Assembly: GCA_002633005.1 (NCBI GenBank)
Contig: NMRA01000346.1
Coordinates: 425,449 to 489,448 of the forward strand
Direction of reading: 5' to 3'
Origin: Phoronis australis
Lineage: Eukaryota; Animalia; Phoronida
DNA: 64,000 nucleotides
Position 1 is the first letter of the stretch, and every line of letters starts with the position of its first letter. The notes under the pieces were generated by a model. It saw nothing but the letters and a program-made list of their open reading frames with translations. It was not told where the DNA came from and ran no database searches. This document shows positions 57,552-64,000 of this stretch, one piece after another. Made by a program: the position numbers and the translations under genes.

Positions 57552-57710
57552 CCAGCCTCCCGTTCAGTAACGCTAGGATCTCGCTAAAAAGCAAGACTTC
57601 GCGAGATTACGTGAGATATTGCCGTGCATTTTAAATGAGAACACGTGACTTTGGCTAGGTTTTAGCTAGGTCCTAGGGTAGGTCCTAGCGTCTACTGAAC
57701 GTACGCCAGG
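57552..57710. mobile_element. PIF/Harbinger-like MITE, copy 3 of 3
   Basis: Highly similar to 43601-43761 and 55052-55209; CAG at both ends. Confidence 0.8.
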
Positions 57711-59762
57711 TCTCTTAAACAGGAGTCCCGACCTCAAAACACTCCAATGAATCACAAAGTTGATTACAATTACTCTGGTTGTTTGCTGATGAGTCGTAAC
57801 AGACCTGAATAGAGTATTGTATTTGTGTCCATTTAGTAACTATTTAAAGGGTGTGCAAAAGTTGGATAGTTCTTAATACATTGATTACATTATTTAGAAA
57901 TGAGCTCAGTTCCAATCACTGCCAGTCGTGATTCTAACGACTCATTCACAAGCATAGACAACATCTGGGGCACCGGACAGGGCTGCAGTGATCAACGGTC
58001 TTAATTTAAGAAGACTGGCAGGGACAGGGTAGCCTGCTAACTACATTAAAGTTCAACCCTGCCGTGTGTGTGGTGAGGTTCAGCGGGCGCAGCGGTCCTA
58101 AATATTTCAGTTGCTCTGTGAAATGATGGTACCTTGACATTGATTTGACAAATGTATCCGTCGTGGTTGATTACTCATCAATATTCCCACTCCATATTTT
58201 TAAAATTGCAATAACTTTCTGACTCATGTTTCCGTGCTCGTCAGACATGCGGGCAATTTCGCATGCGCATGAAATCCAAACAAAGTATTTTAGTACCCGC
58301 ACGTTGTTGTACTGGTAAAGGTACACCATTCAGTGTATCTAATAGCCGTAGTATCATTCATTTTTGCATGAAAAAGTGTAAGTATTAAAAAGGGTTGAAA
58401 AATTAGATCTTCTCGTAATAGTGAACCTTCGAAGTAGTAAACCTTCGGAATGGCGAACCGAATGGTGAGTAGTGGGTTGTTACCAGTGCCAACGTCACGT
58501 AAGCAAATTAAGTAACAAGCAAAAATATAACTAGATAAAAAAATTCGTGAAGTTATTCTCCGAATAAATAGTTCCGTCACGGCATTCGCATCTCTGGTAT
58601 TACTTATTCCGTTTCGTCTCAAAACAAAAACATAGAGCTGAGAGTCATCCTTGTGTATATAAATTTCCCTTCCCCTGATTAAGCTGCGTCAACTGAGAGC
58701 CTGAATGAAAACTCCACAGCGTCGACATTTGCACACTCAACGGTCCACCGTTCAAGAAATTTGAACCACCCCCTTCGTAATGCTGGCTACGGGCCTGGAT
58801 TTGCTCTTGGAAATTTCTAGAATCTCTAGGTTGCTTTGACCCCAGAACTAAAGTAGTAAACAGCATCTAAAAATAGATTTTGACATTAAAATACATGTCA
58901 ACATGTTTGACCCAAGTTTGACCCCATGATTTCAAAGTACATATGTACAAATTTCGGGAAACCTCAAATGGATCTATTCGTACAACTTTCTTAATCAGTG
59001 TTTATCCTGACACTGAGAAACATATCATTGCAAAACTGAACAAACATTTTAGGCTGTCAAAGTCACATTTCTTTCCAATTTTTAAAATTCAAAACCTAAT
59101 GACGTGAGCTTTTCACGAACTATTCAAATATGCAATTTACAAACTTTCAGAATAGAAAATTAAAAGTACTATTGTCGCCACCAACGTGCTTATGATGTTC
59201 TCATTGTCTAGAGAACGATAGCATCAGCAGCCGAGGTGATTTAATTAACAGATTATGTGGGGTACAAACCATTGAGTCAAGCTGTCCAATCTCGACCGGT
59301 TATGGTGTCAACGTAGGATTCTTTAATGGAAATGAAGCGTCCTAGCGCGTCGTGTGCACAAAAATCGTATAGAAGTATACACAAAGGATTATTGAACCAG
59401 ACCGAAATAAAAAAGGGGGCGTAAGTAACAGTCAACATTTTCACATAAATATATTTAGCGAGTGAAAGATAATTAATAAATCTTTTGTTTCTGGTACAAT
59501 CATACACCATCAAGAATTGAAAAAGACTTTCTAATGGTATGATTCGTACGCATTTCGGTTGAAAACGCCGAAGTTTCAGGTCCGTAATTTCCATAGCAAA
59601 CCTACAATGAAAGAAACGAATGCAAACAAATTGCACGCATGCGCGGCGCAAACTCAGCAGCACCAGAGCGAAGTTAGCATTCAAGGGATAGAGTTCTGTG
59701 CTTACGGTATACTAAACAAGAGACCCGGTACCCTCAGAACACGCTCAGACTGTGATACCAAG

Positions 59763-61981
59763 ATGACGTTTGTGACAATTATGCTCGCCGGTGGCCTGAT
59801 TGGAGCTGTGGTTTTTTACTTTATGCTGTATTTCAAAGCCACCTCGGAAAAGGTAGGTTTATGTTTTGAAGTGTTGACATGTACTGCTCGTTTAACTCTT
59901 TCTCTGCCTTTTTCACTTTTTGTGTTCGACTGCACTGATTTTCTCGGGCTTCACATAAGCACGTCATGGAGTTTGTAAAATCACGCAGTCGACTTAGCCG
60001 CCCTGTTTTCTTTGGTCCGCGCATTTCTCAACTCTACCCAGTTTTTTATTTTTATAGTGGAGGCATCAGATGGCTGTGAGTTGTATTCCTCTCTGGGTTT
60101 CGTTGGCTCATTACAAATCCACCCTGCCCGAGTCTTGGATGTTTACAGACACCAAAATTCTACAAATCTAATCGTCTGTGTATCTCAACAATAGAGTCGC
60201 CAATTAGAGTAACATCGTCACCAAATGGTATTAAAATTATTTTCAATGGGAGCTTGAACATATGCTAGTTAATTCTTAGCAATTTGATGAATTTATCCTT
60301 ATTTTAAGAAAATTAAACTAAAGTAAGAAACTTGAATACCTTACGATAAACGTCACGGCGTCGCGTAGTTTTGAAGATTATCGAGAACAAAGCAACAAAA
60401 ATTAGCGATTGCAGTCTGAGCACGATTCCAAATGTAAGGAAGACGATCTCTCGATAAAAGTACCGATTTTAACAATGTTCGTATTTTCTGGCAGCAAAAT
60501 TAACGGCAACTGATGACTCATACATTAACATAACATCCATCATTCTCTATGTTTAGTTTGAGATCAAGATATAAATCATTCTTTAGTAAAGTGTTGAAAA
60601 CTGAACTTAGTTTGGCGATTAAAATATACGCACACAAGTTTTTCCGGAAATCACAGACACGATTTTTTGGCATTTTCAACGAAGCTTTTTAAAATGCCGA
60701 TAGTTGGGTGAAAGGACCTTTTTCTTATCAATGTACCTTTCAAAACGCATTTTACCAAAAACGCGTGGTCACCTGATCGCGGGCAGGTTGTTGATGGCAT
60801 GAATAGATTTTTATCGATTACCAGTTTAGGAAAATATACCTTTTAAGGGTTGAACGTTGCTTCGTAAATATTTCAAGGTGAAGACAACATTTTAATTAGG
60901 TGAACACGTACCCGCAAGATATCATGCAGGTTTTGAAGTATTCCAAAGTAGAACCTCAACTAAAGTTCAGATGAAAAATAATAATTTAAGATTACATGCA
61001 GAATGAGCCAGGTGGCTCCTCAACGTCGAGAAGTTTGCTTCATAGTAAGAGGAGCCAGGCCAGGCGGCTCTTCAAAGCCGGGAACTTGGCTTATATAATA
61101 AGTCCATTTGTCATGAGTTAAAATTTGTGCATCTGCTTATTCACCTGGAAGAATGATTACATCCATTGGCTAATCAACTTAAAAATTTGCCAACATTTAC
61201 CATGTCAAAGCGCAAATACTGAGAGAATGAAGAAAATTCACTTGGTAAAGCCATTTTTCTTGTCTCGTGTGTTGTTGACATGAGTTAAACTGCAAACTTC
61301 GAATTTTTGAAGATGGTGAGAGTTTTCAATGGTGTAGCTTTGAAAGTTTACTTTTGTAAAGTGATTAAGGGCGCGTGTTCTGTGACAGTGCCCGTGGCAT
61401 GTTCATGACAATATATCCGTCGTTTTTGCAATGTCCATTGTAGTACCCATGAACAACGTCTCTATTGGTTTATGTTCAAATATGTTATAACATAACTTTA
61501 ATTTATTTTAAAAGCACAGCCCAGTCAAGGTAGATAGGATCTTATTGGAGATTAGAGCAATTATAGAACAAAAGAGAGCTGGCCCTCCACGCATAAATGC
61601 CAGAATAGAGTTAATCACTCGTGTAAGATATTGGCTACAGGGGTAAACTTCCCAACTTGTTGTCGGCCTATAGAATCGAACAAGTTGGGAGCAAGGGGAA
61701 AACGCCGTAATGTGATGATAATGAATAGTGACTTGGCGACGAAAAAAATTCTTTTAATTTACAGACGCCATTACCTCGTGCATCAAGAGACCCAAGCATG
61801 GATGATGCTGACGTAGTTATCGTTGGCGGAGGGATACTGGGATCTGCCTTCGCTACTGTCTTGGCGCGCAATGGACGTCGAGTTGCCGTTATTGAGAAAA
61901 ATATGGGCGAAGTCGAAAGCATCGCGGGAGAAGCTCTCATGCCAGGTGGAGTCAGGGCTTTAAACAAACTTGGTCTCGGAG
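59763..61981 (+). CDS. SQLE: Squalene monooxygenase (epoxidase)-like FAD-dependent monooxygenase, first two coding exons; continues beyond window
   Basis: Exon 59763-59852 (MTFVTIMLAGGLIGAVVFYFMLYFKATSEK, TM anchor, phase 0) spliced to 61765-61981 (DVVIVGGGILGSAFATVLARNGRRVAVIEKNMGEVESIAGEALMPGGVRALNKLGLG, donor GTAAGA). GxGxxG Rossmann motif and GExLxPGG...LGL signature of SQLE. Orthologue versus paralogue not resolved. Confidence 0.8.
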
Positions 61982-63917
61982 GTAAGAGTGAGCAAGATGC
62001 CCCTGTATCAACTCCGAAGTTTTGCGGCCTCACTACGACACGTTTGTGGCAAACGGCTCTCCTATGGATTTTGTGCCGCCCGACACCTAAGGACTTTAAG
62101 CCAGTGCATATGCTTGTGTGGCCCACTAACAAAGTCCTCCAACTTATACACCGTTCGCATGTCGTCCGATCAGACGGCAAGTCGGATGACTAACAAATCA
62201 CGAACGCTCGTTACCGTCTGATCCCTTTTCTTATCATTTGAATCCATTTCAGACGGCACATAACTTTTCTTTACATTAAAATTTACTCCTGTTTAGTCCG
62301 GCGTGTTGCAGACGACCCCGGTTGCAGAGGCCTGTCATCAACATTTCTTTTCTTAATGAACGCCAGACTCATTCTTTTTTTCCGATGCCACGTCAATTTT
62401 CTACCACGCCCAATGAATATATTTGATACAGAAACGCGTCGACAGTTGTCATGAAATAAAAAAGCCACCGTTTTGGCTAGTATTAATCGTATTTCTTTAT
62501 TGAAAGGGTGATTTTACCATTTTCACGAAGGATTCAATTTCAGAAGCCAAACACTTAACTTTGCCAGTTTCAATTTATTTCATCCAATATTTTATTGCCC
62601 TGAGTACATCGCTAAGGTGACAATTGCTCTGTAACACACAATAAGAGCTTACTAATAGACGTCAAGGGAGAAAGTGACCCTAACATTGTTCAACTACACC
62701 TGTACCACAACCAGTGACCGGCTAAAAGCCTAAAGCCTAAATTCCAATCTTGATATGTAGTTAACCTCTGCCTCCCCTGGTGACGTGATTGACGAGAAAT
62801 ATCAGCATTTGCACTTTAGTTAAGGGGTCATTAACCCATGCTTAAATTGCTCCTAGGTCAAACTCAGAGAGGTCATTGCAGGACGCCAAAGGAAATGCCC
62901 GTTCCTTGTTGCTTATACTTAGCTCACAAAACTTCATGTCACACCGTGACACTAACGTTAATCGGAACCCGCATGCCCTTTATTTGTCGTCGTATTGTTT
63001 TGCTTATAGGGCACATGATTAGTTGATCATGAACAGCGTAACAATAGAAAAATCATATCATACGGGTTTTCTCAAAAGACTTTTAAATGCCAAAATGGAT
63101 AACACACCTTGCTAGTTAACTCAGTAAATCTCAAACACGGACGTAAATACTGTCAATTGCGTTAGACGTTATTTTAGGTTGCACGAGGTCGACTGAATTG
63201 ACCGCCTAGGCTGACAAAGCTAGGCTCCTTGGGTTTTCACTTTAGATATCATGTGAAGCCTGTCCAACAAAATAGCGGAACTTGATCTCAGAGTAGTTTT
63301 TAGCATGGAAACGTAACCAATTTTCTTGGGTGTCGCAGTGCTCTATTCCTGTCCCTATTGCTCAGAAATGGCCATCTGAAAGGTTTGCACTAGTGGCTGT
63401 GGTCTGGGAAGCCGTTAGAATGGCACTCACAATTGTACCAGATCAACATTTCTTAGTGGTAACCACCTAGAAATGTAATACTAACATCTACATTTATTTA
63501 GCCTAGTGGCCACTGTAAGACAATTTCAGAAACTGGGTATATCAGCCATAGGTGTAAAATCGAATGTCTATTCTCGTTGGTTGATGGGCGTTTTTCATGG
63601 CAACAAGACTTTTAAGGGTTTTGGGTTGAAATAATATCACCATGCTCATACGTTCTTGAATAATTGTCGAGTGGTGTTGTAACTCAAGTCACAGGCAGTG
63701 CGCACTAGGCCTGTATGAGCCATTTTCGATTCCGCAACTTTTGGGTCTATCAACCCCAATAAACTCTGACGGGTTTTATTGAGTCAAAGAAAAATAATCT
63801 TACCAAAGTAATACTGTGAGAGTGATTTGCTGAAAAAAGAGGCCTAATTTGATTTTCGTTTTTATCGAGTTAAACAAGGCGAAATACGCCGCCCACTCAA
63901 CAACTTGTGACATTAAC

Positions 63918-63980
63918 AACTAGTTGTAAAGCATCAGACCGCGACTACTGAGGTCTTGGATTCGAATCCGTCTTGAGGCC
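63918..63980 (+). mobile_element. tRNA-derived SINE head (degenerate)
   Basis: CTAGTTGTAAAGCATCAGAC...TGAGGTCTTGGATTCGAATCC: partial A-box and B-box at tRNA-like spacing. Confidence 0.45.
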
Positions 63981-64000
63981 GATCATATACACAACATTAT

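Noticed and set aside
61668-62180. 170-aa minus-strand ORF
   Set aside because: Antisense shadow of the SQLE-like exon.

Overview
AT-rich, intron-containing eukaryotic (metazoan, probably marine invertebrate; taxon not determinable from sequence) draft-assembly window. Four protein-coding loci reconstructed by hand from splice sites: (1) a 4-exon minus-strand JmjC/cupin 2-oxoglutarate oxygenase (581 aa) with signal peptide, thioredoxin-like N-terminal region and intact HxD...H motif; (2) a plus-strand PACSIN/syndapin gene (F-BAR, NPF, SH3; 9 coding exons, 586 aa) with a probable cassette exon carrying three NPF motifs; (3) a minus-strand multi-exon coiled-coil gene resembling a divergent FAM92/CIBAR BAR protein, inside a tandem duplication whose other copy is internally deleted; (4) the first two coding exons of a squalene-monooxygenase-like gene with an altered conserved motif. 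The rest is rich in non-autonomous transposons (a Helentron-type HINE carrying an array of 11 CTCF-like motifs, hAT- and Harbinger-like MITEs, tRNA-derived SINE heads, LINE remnants), minisatellites, a 408-N gap, and single-N scaffold joins that create false local duplications. Family assignments come from motif recognition and recalled sequences, not from database searches.
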